Source: a virus
Length of the DNA: 64,000 nt
IMG/VR virus record: IMGVR_UViG_3300043409_001491
Coordinates: 41,902 to 105,901 of that record
Strand: one strand, 5' to 3'
Made by a program: the position numbers and the translations under genes. Within the stretch, counting starts at the first letter, position 1. Each line of letters begins with the position of its first letter. The notes below the pieces were generated by a model. The model saw only the letters and a list, made by a program, of their open reading frames with translations. It did not search any database and had not been told where the DNA came from. Below are positions 29,386-39,281 of this stretch, one piece after another.

Positions 29386-29965
29386 TACAAACATATTAAA
29401 TACTCCATTAATTTGGATTAATAAATACTTACAGGCAAAAGTTTCTGATGCTGCTGATTTAGATATGATTCCATTTTTCCCAACAGCGCCAACAGCAATT
29501 GATGATTTAACTGAGTCGTTTCCAGAAGGCGCACTGTGCGTATATGACAGATTGTCAAGAATGAATAAGAGTAAATTTCCACATATAAAAACAGAACAAG
29601 TTTTATATTATTTTTATGCTACAGCAGCAGACTCAGTAGTAACTATGATAAAAATACAAGAGGCTGTTTTAAGGTTAATGGATAGACTAGATGAGACAGC
29701 AGAAGAAGTAAATAATTGGTGCTCTATCCGTAAAGTTAACCTAGGTACAGCAGACAATCCCGACTTTATAAATAACATGTTCTATTTCCATAGATTTAGG
29801 GTTTACCAACTAGAAGAGGCAAGAGACATTATTGACTTTGGTACAGCAAGAACCTATGGCGGCAATAAGTTTATTATTGAGTTTGATTATCACCAAATGC
29901 CAGGGATAAATACACATACCTGGACCCCAGAAGGACTTCCAGTAGGCGGAAAAATTACTATATAA
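29378..29965 (+). CDS. Putative tail terminator
   Basis: Immediately precedes the major tail protein. Confidence 0.5.
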   Translation: MADTNILNTPLIWINKYLQAKVSDAADLDMIPFFPTAPTAIDDLTESFPEGALCVYDRLSRMNKSKFPHIKTEQVLYYFYATAADSVVTMIKIQEAVLRLMDRLDETAEEVNNWCSIRKVNLGTADNPDFINNMFYFHRFRVYQLEEARDIIDFGTARTYGGNKFIIEFDYHQMPGINTHTWTPEGLPVGGKITI

Positions 29966-29970
29966 AAAGA

Positions 29971-29979
29971 TGTTATAAT
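29971..29979 (+). promoter_or_regulatory. Extended -10 promoter
   Basis: TGTTATAAT upstream of the major tail gene. Confidence 0.6.
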
Positions 29980-30041
29980 TGTGTCTGAGGAAACAAAAAC
30001 GCCAAAATAACTTAATATCTATTTAAGAAAGAGGTGAATAA

Positions 30042-30677
30042 ATGGCTTATAGTCGTGGAACATCAACCAACATTATCGTTGGTGCTGCAGCATTCTTTAT
30101 GGCAGACTCAACTTTAGTACCAACAGTAACTCCATCATTCGTATCATCAGACTCATATAGAGAGACTCTATCTGCATCTGCAACATATGACAATGTGGGC
30201 TACACAACCAACGGACTTGAAATGCAGTTCCAACCAGACTTCGGTGAAGTCCAGGTAGACCAGATTCTTGACGTTGCGAAACTTTACAAGCAGGGAATGC
30301 AAGTTAGCGTTGCAACTGCTTTTGCTGAAGCCACTCTAGAGAACCTTCTATTGGCTCTAGCAGGCAGCAATGATGATTTGACTGGAACAAAGTCTTCATC
30401 TACTGGACGTATCTTGAACCTTTCTGCAGGAGACTTGGGCGAATGTCCAGTTGAGCGTGGTATCGTTGCGGTAGGACCAGGAACAGGCGACTGTGAAGAT
30501 TCTGCTGCAGTAGAGCGTGTATACATTGGATACCGTGCTCTATCAATTGAAAACGTAACAGTTTCAGCAAAGCGTGATGAGGCTTCAATGTTTGAAGTAT
30601 CATTCCGTCTTCTACCAGAAGACACATCAGGTGCATACGGCAAGATCATTGACCGTACACACACAGTTACATCATAA
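30042..30677 (+). CDS. Major tail (tube) protein
   Basis: NIIVGAA, VGYTTNGL...PDFGEVQVDQ, AEATLENL; GAGGTG RBS; followed by terminator. Confidence 0.8.
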   Translation: MAYSRGTSTNIIVGAAAFFMADSTLVPTVTPSFVSSDSYRETLSASATYDNVGYTTNGLEMQFQPDFGEVQVDQILDVAKLYKQGMQVSVATAFAEATLENLLLALAGSNDDLTGTKSSSTGRILNLSAGDLGECPVERGIVAVGPGTGDCEDSAAVERVYIGYRALSIENVTVSAKRDEASMFEVSFRLLPEDTSGAYGKIIDRTHTVTS

Positions 30678-30711
30678 TAATGTTGTAATAATCTAGTTTT
30701 AGATTACAACT

Positions 30712-30743
30712 AGCCCACTTCCTTAATTGGAGGTGGGTTTTTT
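30712..30743 (+). terminator. Intrinsic terminator
   Basis: AGCCCACTTCC-TTAATT-GGAGGTGGGTT followed by a T run. Confidence 0.8.
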
Positions 30744-30748
30744 GTTTG

Positions 30749-30757
30749 TGGTAGAAT
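30749..30757 (+). promoter_or_regulatory. Extended -10 promoter, probable leaderless transcript
   Basis: TGGTAGAAT 8 nt before ATG 30766, no SD. Confidence 0.5.
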
Positions 30758-30765
30758 TAAGTATA

Positions 30766-31476
30766 ATGGCAACCAGAATATACAAAAATCAAACAATATC
30801 TTTGTTTAATGGGAAAGAATTAGAAATCATACCATTAAAGATAAGATATCTTCGTGAATTTATGGAAGTATTTAAAGATATCAAACAGGCCAAAGATGAT
30901 GATGAATCTATTGCTGTATTAGTAGAGTGTGTTCGTATATGCATGAAACAATATTACCCAGAAATATCATCTAGCACTGCAGACATAGAAGATAATTTTG
31001 ATATGCCCACCATCTATAAAATACTAGATACCTCTGCTGGAATTAATATTAATGAAAAATCAGAGGAGCCCGTAAAAAATCAAGCAGAAAAAAGTGGGGA
31101 AACCTGGGAAACATTAGATTTAGCAAAACTTGAGGCAGAGGTATTTTTGCTGGGTATCTGGAAAGATTATCAAGAACTAGAAACGTCTTTATCAATGCCA
31201 GAACTAATGATGACCCTTGAAGTAATTAGAGAGTTAGATTACTCAGAAAAGAAGTTTCTTGCAGCAATTCAAGGCGTGGATTTAGACGGGGATAAAAATC
31301 AAAATAAAGGTCAAAAAGAATGGGAAGACATGAAAGCAAGAGTCTTTAGTGGTGGTAAAGCAACAGATAGCAATGATGTCTTGGCTTTACAAGGAGTTAA
31401 TGCTCAAAAAGCAGGGTTTGGAATTGGCATGGGGCTAGACTATGGCGATCAAAGAGACCCTAATGTGATGAAGTAA
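30766..31476 (+). CDS. Tail assembly chaperone, long (G-T-like) form
   Basis: First ~97 aa align with ORF 31542; extra C-terminal domain (W..LDLAKLEAEVFLLGIWKDY.ELE.SLSMPEL); between tail tube and tape measure. Confidence 0.7.
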   Translation: MATRIYKNQTISLFNGKELEIIPLKIRYLREFMEVFKDIKQAKDDDESIAVLVECVRICMKQYYPEISSSTADIEDNFDMPTIYKILDTSAGININEKSEEPVKNQAEKSGETWETLDLAKLEAEVFLLGIWKDYQELETSLSMPELMMTLEVIRELDYSEKKFLAAIQGVDLDGDKNQNKGQKEWEDMKARVFSGGKATDSNDVLALQGVNAQKAGFGIGMGLDYGDQRDPNVMK

Positions 31477-31508
31477 AAAAATGAAACAACTTAAAAATAG
31501 CCTATTTG

Positions 31509-31517
31509 TGCTATAAT
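31509..31517 (+). promoter_or_regulatory. Extended -10 promoter
   Basis: TGCTATAAT upstream of AGGAGG RBS. Confidence 0.6.
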
Positions 31518-31541
31518 TAACATAACTTATAGGAGGAACAA

Positions 31542-31859
31542 ATGTCAACAACCGTACATGAGACTGAAAAAGTCAAACTCATTGATGGAACAGAGATAAC
31601 CGTTCGCCCCCTTAAGATCTCACTTCTTCGTCCTTTCATGAAGAAGTTTGAAGGGGTGGCAAAAGTTGCGGAAGATAACGAGAAGTCTATGACTCTTCTT
31701 GTTGAGTGCGTCCAGATTGCTATGCAGCAATACAAGCCAGAATTGGCTGGAGACGTAGCAAAGTTGGAAGATCTACTTGATTTACCAACAGTTTACAAAA
31801 TTGTAGAAGCAGCATCAGGTATTAACCTGACAGCAGTTTCTGATATTCTGGCAAACTAG
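31542..31859 (+). CDS. Tail assembly chaperone, short (G-like) form
   Basis: 105 aa directly upstream of the tape measure; paralog of the N-terminus of ORF 30766. Confidence 0.75.
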   Translation: MSTTVHETEKVKLIDGTEITVRPLKISLLRPFMKKFEGVAKVAEDNEKSMTLLVECVQIAMQQYKPELAGDVAKLEDLLDLPTVYKIVEAASGINLTAVSDILAN

Positions 31860-31890
31860 TCATATAGGCATACTAGAAGAGGTGTGAAGC

Positions 31891-34800
31891 GTGGCTGATG
31901 TCAATGCTAATATTGATATAAACATTGACTCGTCCAATGCGATATCGCAACTTAAGTCTTTACAAAGACAGATATCTCAGTTTCACACCTCTATTGCAAA
32001 ATCTAGCGAGTCGGCAGCATTAGCCCAAAGAGGTCTAGAAAAAAATCTACTTAATAGCATAAACTCTATTGGGTCTTTTTCTGCAGAATTACGCACAGTA
32101 AAAACAACTGCGGAGTCTTTTACTACAGCCCTTGAAGGAAACAAATTCTCAATGCGAGAATACTTCCGTTATGCGGGGGGATCAACTAAAACTTTTGGTA
32201 AATTATTTAGATCAGAATTTGACACAATTGGCAAGGTAGCAGAAGAGCGAGTAAAGAAACTACAAACCCAGTATATTAAAATGGGGCGTGACACTACTGG
32301 AGCAATGAAGGCAATTGCAGTAATGCCAAAATCTTTGGACATGTCAGATTACAATACAAAGATACAGGTAGCAGCACAAAAACAAGCATTATTTAATCAA
32401 TTAATGAAACAAGGTTCTACCAACCTATTGAACTTTGGTAAGAATACACAGTGGGCAGGCCGCCAGTTAATGGTTGGTTTTACAATTCCTTTGACTATTC
32501 TTGGAAGCACTGCATCAAAAACATTTATGGAGATGGAAGCCCAGGCACTTAAATTTAAAAAGGTTTATGGAGATCTCTTTACCCCACAAGCAGAAACTCA
32601 AGCAGCATTAGATGGCATTACAGAACTTGGGCAGATGTTTACAAAGTATGGGGTGGCAGTATCTTCTACTGTTGGCTTAGCAGCAGAAGCCGCTGCCGCT
32701 GGTTTCCAGGGATTAGACTTACAACGTCAAACAACAGAAGCAACAAGACTTTCTATCCTGGGTCAAATAGAAAATACCAAAGCCCTTGAAACAACCATAT
32801 CACTTCAAAATGCCTTTGGCATGTCCTCTGATAAACTTGCAGACTCAATTAACTTTCTTAACGCAGTAGAAAACCAGACAGTTGTATCACTTGATGATAT
32901 TACAACTGCAATTCCAAAAGTTGCTCCAGTTATTCAGCAACTTGGTGGAGACGTAAAAGATTTAACATTCTTTATTGCAGCAATGAAAGAGGGTGGAATT
33001 AATGCATCAGAGGGCGCTAACGCACTTAAGTCTGGCCTTGCAGCATTAATTAATCCAACCAGAAAAGCCAATGCAATGCTTTCTCAATTTGGAATTAACG
33101 CTAGAGAGATTGTTGTAAAAAATAAAGGTAACTTAAAGGCAACAGTCGTTGAATTTGCAACAGCATTAAATCAACTTGATCCACTCAATAGAGCACAGGC
33201 AATTGAACAGATGTTTGGTAAGTTCCAGTTTGCTCGTTTATCAACTCTGTTTGCAAACGTGGCTAAAGATGGAAACCAGGCTTCTCGCGTTCTTGATTTG
33301 GCAAACTCATCTGTAGAGGAACTTTCAGCCTTATCTGAAAGAGAATTAGGCATGACCGCTGAATCTTCAATGAACAAATTTAAAAAGGCTGTTGAAGATT
33401 TAAAGTTTGCTCTTATCCCAGTTGGCAAGGCATTCCTAGAAGCCGTAACCCCAATTGCAGAATTTGTTGGAAACATACTAAGTAAATTTAATGACTTGTC
33501 TGCTGGATCAAAAAAAGCAATCACACTTCTTGTTACAGTAATTGGTGGTTTAGGTCCAGTACTCCTTATGACATTTGGTTTGCTTGCAAATGGTGTTGCT
33601 AATATAATTAAACTATTCTTGACTCTTCGTCAAGGGTATCAAAGGTTAACTGGACAGTCTCAAGTACTTGGTGAACAAACACAATACTTAACAATGGAGC
33701 AATTAGATGCTGCCGCCGTTGCTCACTCACTTGATCAGGCACATGCTAAATTAACTCAAAGATTTACTCTTGAAGCAGAGGCTTTAAATAAATTAATTAT
33801 TGCTTATCAGTCTGCAGCAACAGCGGGACAAAGATTTGCAATGAACAACCCAGGCATGATGTTGCCACCTAGAGCCCCAAAGAAATTAGCAAGCGGTATT
33901 GTAAGTGTTCCAGGCAGCGGTAATAAAGATACAGTTCCTGCAATGCTTGCTCCAGGAGAAGCAGTTATCCCATCAAAATTTGCAAAGAAGTATGCTCCAC
34001 TAATTCAAGGAATGGTTGCTGGAAACATACCTGGGTACAAAGAGGGAGTCGTAAGAGACCCTGGATCTGGATCAGCAGGAAGAGTTGGAAAAGTTGTTCC
34101 AACAGTTGTTCGTCCATATTCTTCAAACGTTGGAGCCACTAAAGGTTTGGTTGACTTTTTAAATATTGATCCAGGAAATACAGCAGACGTTGTTAGTCTT
34201 TATACAAAACAAATATTAGAAGAAGCAAAAGTATCAGCACAATCTGTAGTTGTTGAAATTAACAAATGGAGACAAAACAACATGGCTGCTTTACAAAAAG
34301 CAGCAGCAGCAGTAAATGCTGGAGCAGATGCAACAACAGAGTTTGGACCATTGGTAAGCAAATTTAATCAAGATATGGAAACCGCACAGGGCCCATTTAG
34401 TCAATTTGCTAAAACTGCACAAACAATGGCTCCTAAATTATCAAAAGATTTAGTTGAAGCACAACAAAAAGCAAAAGAATTAAATTTAAATGTTAAAAAT
34501 GCTGCAGATGCTGTCAAACTTTCACAAGAATTACCAAACAATGTAATTGCTTCTAATTTGTCAAAACCAGGAAATTTTTCACAATACTCAAAAATTAGAG
34601 CAGGAGCAGGTTCTAGATTTGGAGATGACAAAGGCATTGAGTCTATGGGAATTCCTAGATTTATGTTGCCAGATATGCACCCTAGCGAAAGAGCATACAA
34701 GTTGGGAACATCTCAAGAACACGTAAGTTCTTCTGTTCAACAACAAGAGCAAGCCATAAGATTAAAAGCAGAAAGAAGCGCAAGAAAAAATGCTAGTGTG

Positions 34801-37800
34801 TATCAATCAGAAGTTGAAAAAAATACAACAGATATTTATCCTGCAACAAGAGAAAGAACTAGCCCACACAAACTTGCAGCACAAGACGGCAAAGATGATG
34901 CAAATGCCTATGAGAATGCAAAACAAACTGCAACCAAACAAAGACGACGTTCTGATAGACCACAGGGACCACCATCAATAGGTCTTGGAGCAATTGGACC
35001 TGGAGCAACAATTAGCCCAGCAGGATTGCAATCAGTTGTAAATGAAACAAGAGCAAGACAGACTGCTACAGAAAAACTTGGTAAACTTAATGGCGCAATT
35101 ATGGGCGGTACCTTTGCATTAACATCCCTTGCCAGCGCGGGATCAATGGCTTCAGGACCACTAGGAGACTTATCTCAACAGGTAATGAAATATTCAGGAT
35201 TGCTTTTTGGATTAATGTCTATAACTCAGTTACTTACTCAAGCAAAGGTTACAGACTTAGTTGCAACAAGAGCAGGCACTGTTGCAACAGCAATGGGCGG
35301 AACTGGTTTTAAATCCTTGTTTTCTAAAGGCGGAGGCCTTGCTGGATTTGGTAAAAACTTATTAACTGCTGGCAAATTTCTTTTAAGATTCCTTGGACCA
35401 ATTGGACTTGTAACAACAGGATTACTTGCTGCATATTCAGTTATTAAAATGGTAAATGCCGCTAGAGAGCGTGAAAGATTAGCGATTGAGGGCCTTGGCG
35501 ATGCCATGGCTACAACAACCTCTCAAGTAAAAACACTTGGAGAGTTTTTTGGTGTGCTTCCCAAAAAGTTACCATTTGATCTTCGTCAAACAGAAATAGT
35601 TTCCGCACCCGTTAGAACACAAAGAGAAAACTTAAAAGCAAGTCCAGAATTTCAAAAAGAGTTTAAGTCAACGATTGAGTCATTAAGAAAAGCAACTAAT
35701 GAAGAAGCAAAGATTGTTTTTTCTAGTTTAGCACTTAACCTTCAAGCACAAGGATTTGCAAAAGATCAAGTTCAAGTAATTGTTGATGCTCTTCGTGAAG
35801 AGTCATCGCAAACCGATGTAACCTTAGATGTAAAATCTTTAAATCTTTCTAAAGAATCTCTTGATAAATTAAAGAAAGATTTTGATCCACTGCTAGTTAG
35901 TTTAAATAAAGCATTAAGTGATGGTATAACTAAAAAACTTGTAGGTGGCGGTGGTGCTAAAGGTGCTTCAGCGCCTCTTCAAGAGATTATACTATTAAAT
36001 AAAAACGCACAAAAACAACTTGAAACTACATCTCAGTTTATATCCGAGACATCAAAGTCTGCATCAGGAATGTTTCAACTTGGATTAATTGATGGAAAAA
36101 CATATGAAGCAACTATAAGTGCAATTTTAGAAAGAACAAATGGACTAGACGAAGCACAAAGAAAAATTCTTTTAAATGATGTTTTTAAAAAACTTGGAGT
36201 ATCAGCAACTGCGCTTAATGGTGTTTTAGGGGACACTGTAAAAGAAATGAGACTTCTTGCCTTAATGTCTTCTGGAATCCTTGGTAAAGATAGTCCAGTA
36301 TTAAAAGGACTTCAAGCACCAAAAGGAACAAAAGAATACCAAAATGCTTTAATTCAAATAACAAGATTATACGATAAAATGTTTGGAGCAATTGAAAAGG
36401 CTTCTAAGGTAGAACCTAAACCCTTTAATCCAAATGCTGGAGGGGCAGCAGGTGAACTATCTGAAATACAAAAAGCAATCAATAGCCTTAAAGAAAAAAC
36501 TAAACAAATTCTTGATCAATCAGCAGCATATAAGATTCTTAGGGATAACAACTATGATGCAGCAACAGCAGCAGAGTTAGCAGCAGACTCTTTAGTTGCT
36601 GCAGCCCTTGCTTCAGGCGCAATCAAGGCTGGAACAGAAAAATGGAAAGAATTTTTAGAAGCAATTAAAAAAGCAAAGAATGCCCTAGCCGTAGAGCCAG
36701 CAAACAAAGCAAGTCAAAAATTTGATACAGACAAACTAGCAATAGAGGCACAGACAAAGGCAATGAGAACCTTGCTTGCTGCTGGGTATGATGCAGCAGA
36801 AGCATTAGACATTGTTGGAGATGCAGACCTTGTAGCGTTAATAAATAATTCAGAAGCAGCGGGTCTTACATTTGATCAGGTAAAAGAAAAAATTGACAGT
36901 GCTGCAGAAGCCATTAAGAATCTTAAAAACCTTGGTAATCCATTTGCCGCAATTGAAGAACAAACTGAAAAATTTGAAAAAGCCTTTGCTGCAGCCATGG
37001 AAAAATTTAGAATTGAAGAAGAAAAGGCTAAAAAGAAATTTCAGCCAGGCATTGATCGAGCACAGGCTGAAGTTGATAGAATACAAAAAATAATTGATGG
37101 CATTAATAAAACAATTGATGGATTACAAACAAAAATTAAAGACAAACAACGCGGCATTGAAGAAAATATAACTAGAGAAGTTGAAAAATTTGAAGATAGT
37201 ATTAAGGTAATTGAAGATAAGATTAAAGCAGAATTTGATTCCCCACTTGAAAAACTTTCTAGTGAGTCAGAGGTTTTATCTCACAACCTTGAATTAATAG
37301 ACCATCAATCAGAAGCAATTAACTCTAAGTATGACCTGCAAGCAGAAGCCCTACAAAAAGTCTCTGACATTAATTCAGATATAGCAGATCAACAACAGAA
37401 ACAACTTGGCCTTGCAGATGCTTTATCTCGTGGAGACATTTCTGCAGCAGCAGCAGCAGCGCAAGATATGAGGGCAGGATCTGCTGCAAGGGCTGCATCT
37501 GCTCAAAGCGGATTCCTTGATTCTGGACGTAAAGCAGAGTTGGCTGCCCTTACTGCTGGCGGTATGACAAGACTAAAAATTGAAGAGCGTCAATATCAAA
37601 TAGGACAAGAGCAATATAAACTTGAACAAGGTCGCAAACTTTTACAAAAAGAAATTTCAGATATTCAAGAATTTAAAATAGAGCCATTACTTGAAGAGCA
37701 AAAAAGAATAGAACTTGATATTCGTGATATTGAAGATGAAATCTATAAATTAGAAAATGCTCAAACAAACAGTTTAAGATCAAATAACATTGAATTAGAT

Positions 37801-38634
37801 GCTGCAAAGATTGCATTAGATGAAGCAAATGGAAAACTTCAAGAGGCTCTTGATAAAATTGCTGATCAAAAAAAGGTTTGGGAAGATGCTAAGTTTGGAA
37901 TTGATGAAGCAAAAAATTCTGTTGATATTTTAAATACATCTTTAGAAGAAACACTTAGGCTTGCAGAGGCAATCGCTGCAGCGTATGCAAGTATGGGCAG
38001 TGGAGATTTCTCAACAAGTGGATCATTTACTTCAGACGATAAAGCATTTGAAAGTTTTATAAGTATAGTTGAAGCACTTGATGCAGCACAAGCAGCATTT
38101 GATGCAGCAGTTGAAAGTGGAAACATGTATGCAGTTAGAAATGCTGGAGTAAGACTTGCAGCAGCACAAGCGGCCTACGACGCAACCCTTCCAACTGGAG
38201 GCGGTGGTGGTGGCGGTGGCAACAGTTTGCTTATGATGTCTTCTGGCGGTATGGTTCCAAAATATATGGCATATGGTGGAATGTCTATGGGGTCAGACAC
38301 AGTTCCAGCAATGCTAACTCCTGGCGAGTTTGTAATGAATAAAAAAGCAACTAAGGCTTTTGGCCCAGCACTTGCTGCCATGAATTCTTCTAAATACCCA
38401 TCAATGATGACTAAAGGTTTAAGTTCCCCTACCTATCAAACCTCAGCAACTAATATTAGTGCCCCCTCAAATGTATCAAACTCAACTTCTGTAAACAACA
38501 ACTCCAGTTCAGTGTATAATTATAGTGTAGGAATTAATGTTGGTGGATCTAATGCAAACCCTCAAGATATTGCAAGGGCCGTTATGACACAGATTAAAAA
38601 TGTTGATTCACAGAGAATTAGGACGCAGAGGTAA
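31891..38634 (+). CDS. Tape measure protein
   Basis: 2247 aa helical; TP901-type core (GGINASEGANALKSGL, AIEQMFGK), hydrophobic segments, long coiled coil. Confidence 0.92.
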   Translation: MADVNANIDINIDSSNAISQLKSLQRQISQFHTSIAKSSESAALAQRGLEKNLLNSINSIGSFSAELRTVKTTAESFTTALEGNKFSMREYFRYAGGSTKTFGKLFRSEFDTIGKVAEERVKKLQTQYIKMGRDTTGAMKAIAVMPKSLDMSDYNTKIQVAAQKQALFNQLMKQGSTNLLNFGKNTQWAGRQLMVGFTIPLTILGSTASKTFMEMEAQALKFKKVYGDLFTPQAETQAALDGITELGQMFTKYGVAVSSTVGLAAEAAAAGFQGLDLQRQTTEATRLSILGQIENTKALETTISLQNAFGMSSDKLADSINFLNAVENQTVVSLDDITTAIPKVAPVIQQLGGDVKDLTFFIAAMKEGGINASEGANALKSGLAALINPTRKANAMLSQFGINAREIVVKNKGNLKATVVEFATALNQLDPLNRAQAIEQMFGKFQFARLSTLFANVAKDGNQASRVLDLANSSVEELSALSERELGMTAESSMNKFKKAVEDLKFALIPVGKAFLEAVTPIAEFVGNILSKFNDLSAGSKKAITLLVTVIGGLGPVLLMTFGLLANGVANIIKLFLTLRQGYQRLTGQSQVLGEQTQYLTMEQLDAAAVAHSLDQAHAKLTQRFTLEAEALNKLIIAYQSAATAGQRFAMNNPGMMLPPRAPKKLASGIVSVPGSGNKDTVPAMLAPGEAVIPSKFAKKYAPLIQGMVAGNIPGYKEGVVRDPGSGSAGRVGKVVPTVVRPYSSNVGATKGLVDFLNIDPGNTADVVSLYTKQILEEAKVSAQSVVVEINKWRQNNMAALQKAAAAVNAGADATTEFGPLVSKFNQDMETAQGPFSQFAKTAQTMAPKLSKDLVEAQQKAKELNLNVKNAADAVKLSQELPNNVIASNLSKPGNFSQYSKIRAGAGSRFGDDKGIESMGIPRFMLPDMHPSERAYKLGTSQEHVSSSVQQQEQAIRLKAERSARKNASVYQSEVEKNTTDIYPATRERTSPHKLAAQDGKDDANAYENAKQTATKQRRRSDRPQGPPSIGLGAIGPGATISPAGLQSVVNETRARQTATEKLGKLNGAIMGGTFALTSLASAGSMASGPLGDLSQQVMKYSGLLFGLMSITQLLTQAKVTDLVATRAGTVATAMGGTGFKSLFSKGGGLAGFGKNLLTAGKFLLRFLGPIGLVTTGLLAAYSVIKMVNAARERERLAIEGLGDAMATTTSQVKTLGEFFGVLPKKLPFDLRQTEIVSAPVRTQRENLKASPEFQKEFKSTIESLRKATNEEAKIVFSSLALNLQAQGFAKDQVQVIVDALREESSQTDVTLDVKSLNLSKESLDKLKKDFDPLLVSLNKALSDGITKKLVGGGGAKGASAPLQEIILLNKNAQKQLETTSQFISETSKSASGMFQLGLIDGKTYEATISAILERTNGLDEAQRKILLNDVFKKLGVSATALNGVLGDTVKEMRLLALMSSGILGKDSPVLKGLQAPKGTKEYQNALIQITRLYDKMFGAIEKASKVEPKPFNPNAGGAAGELSEIQKAINSLKEKTKQILDQSAAYKILRDNNYDAATAAELAADSLVAAALASGAIKAGTEKWKEFLEAIKKAKNALAVEPANKASQKFDTDKLAIEAQTKAMRTLLAAGYDAAEALDIVGDADLVALINNSEAAGLTFDQVKEKIDSAAEAIKNLKNLGNPFAAIEEQTEKFEKAFAAAMEKFRIEEEKAKKKFQPGIDRAQAEVDRIQKIIDGINKTIDGLQTKIKDKQRGIEENITREVEKFEDSIKVIEDKIKAEFDSPLEKLSSESEVLSHNLELIDHQSEAINSKYDLQAEALQKVSDINSDIADQQQKQLGLADALSRGDISAAAAAAQDMRAGSAARAASAQSGFLDSGRKAELAALTAGGMTRLKIEERQYQIGQEQYKLEQGRKLLQKEISDIQEFKIEPLLEEQKRIELDIRDIEDEIYKLENAQTNSLRSNNIELDAAKIALDEANGKLQEALDKIADQKKVWEDAKFGIDEAKNSVDILNTSLEETLRLAEAIAAAYASMGSGDFSTSGSFTSDDKAFESFISIVEALDAAQAAFDAAVESGNMYAVRNAGVRLAAAQAAYDATLPTGGGGGGGGNSLLMMSSGGMVPKYMAYGGMSMGSDTVPAMLTPGEFVMNKKATKAFGPALAAMNSSKYPSMMTKGLSSPTYQTSATNISAPSNVSNSTSVNNNSSSVYNYSVGINVGGSNANPQDIARAVMTQIKNVDSQRIRTQR

Positions 38635-38636
38635 AA

Positions 38637-39281
38637 ATGGCCACAGCAGGGTATTTAACAGGTAGACGTAGGTATGAACGCCCCCAGGCCCTGTTGTGGT
38701 CTGAGAACCCTGGTACGCTCTCCAATGGGGTATACCTGCCCACTGGCTATGAAGTACAAGGTAACTTTGCTGCATCTACAGATCCAGATCTAATTAATCA
38801 ATTTATAATTCTTTCAGACCATAATCGTGGGGAATTAAATTTTACACCAACAAGAATAGAACAAAGACAAAGAACCATTAATGGACGTATGCGTTCATAT
38901 CACATAGCAGACAAACTAACAATGTCCGTTTCCTGGAATAATCTTCCATCAAGGTCATACTCTCAGGATGCAGGGTTTTTGGCTACTGGTTTGTCCCCTG
39001 ATAAAAATACTCCAGGTGAATTTACAACAGATGGTGGAGCAGGCGGAGTAGAACTGCTTGACTGGTATGAAAACCATACAGGACCTTTTTGGATGTTTTT
39101 AGCATACGACAAGTACTCAAACTTTGGTGAAGAACTTACCAGTGGTGGAGACTATGGGCATCTTGCTCAATACAATCAAATCATTCAGGTTTATATTGCA
39201 GATTTTAATTATTCTGTTGTCAAACGTGGTGGCTCAAACCACGATCTTTGGAATATTTCGGTAACACTGGAAGAGGTCTAA
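38637..39281 (+). CDS. Distal tail-like minor tail protein
   Basis: Follows the tape measure; RTINGRMRSY...SWNNLP; ends SVTLEEV. Confidence 0.6.
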   Translation: MATAGYLTGRRRYERPQALLWSENPGTLSNGVYLPTGYEVQGNFAASTDPDLINQFIILSDHNRGELNFTPTRIEQRQRTINGRMRSYHIADKLTMSVSWNNLPSRSYSQDAGFLATGLSPDKNTPGEFTTDGGAGGVELLDWYENHTGPFWMFLAYDKYSNFGEELTSGGDYGHLAQYNQIIQVYIADFNYSVVKRGGSNHDLWNISVTLEEV

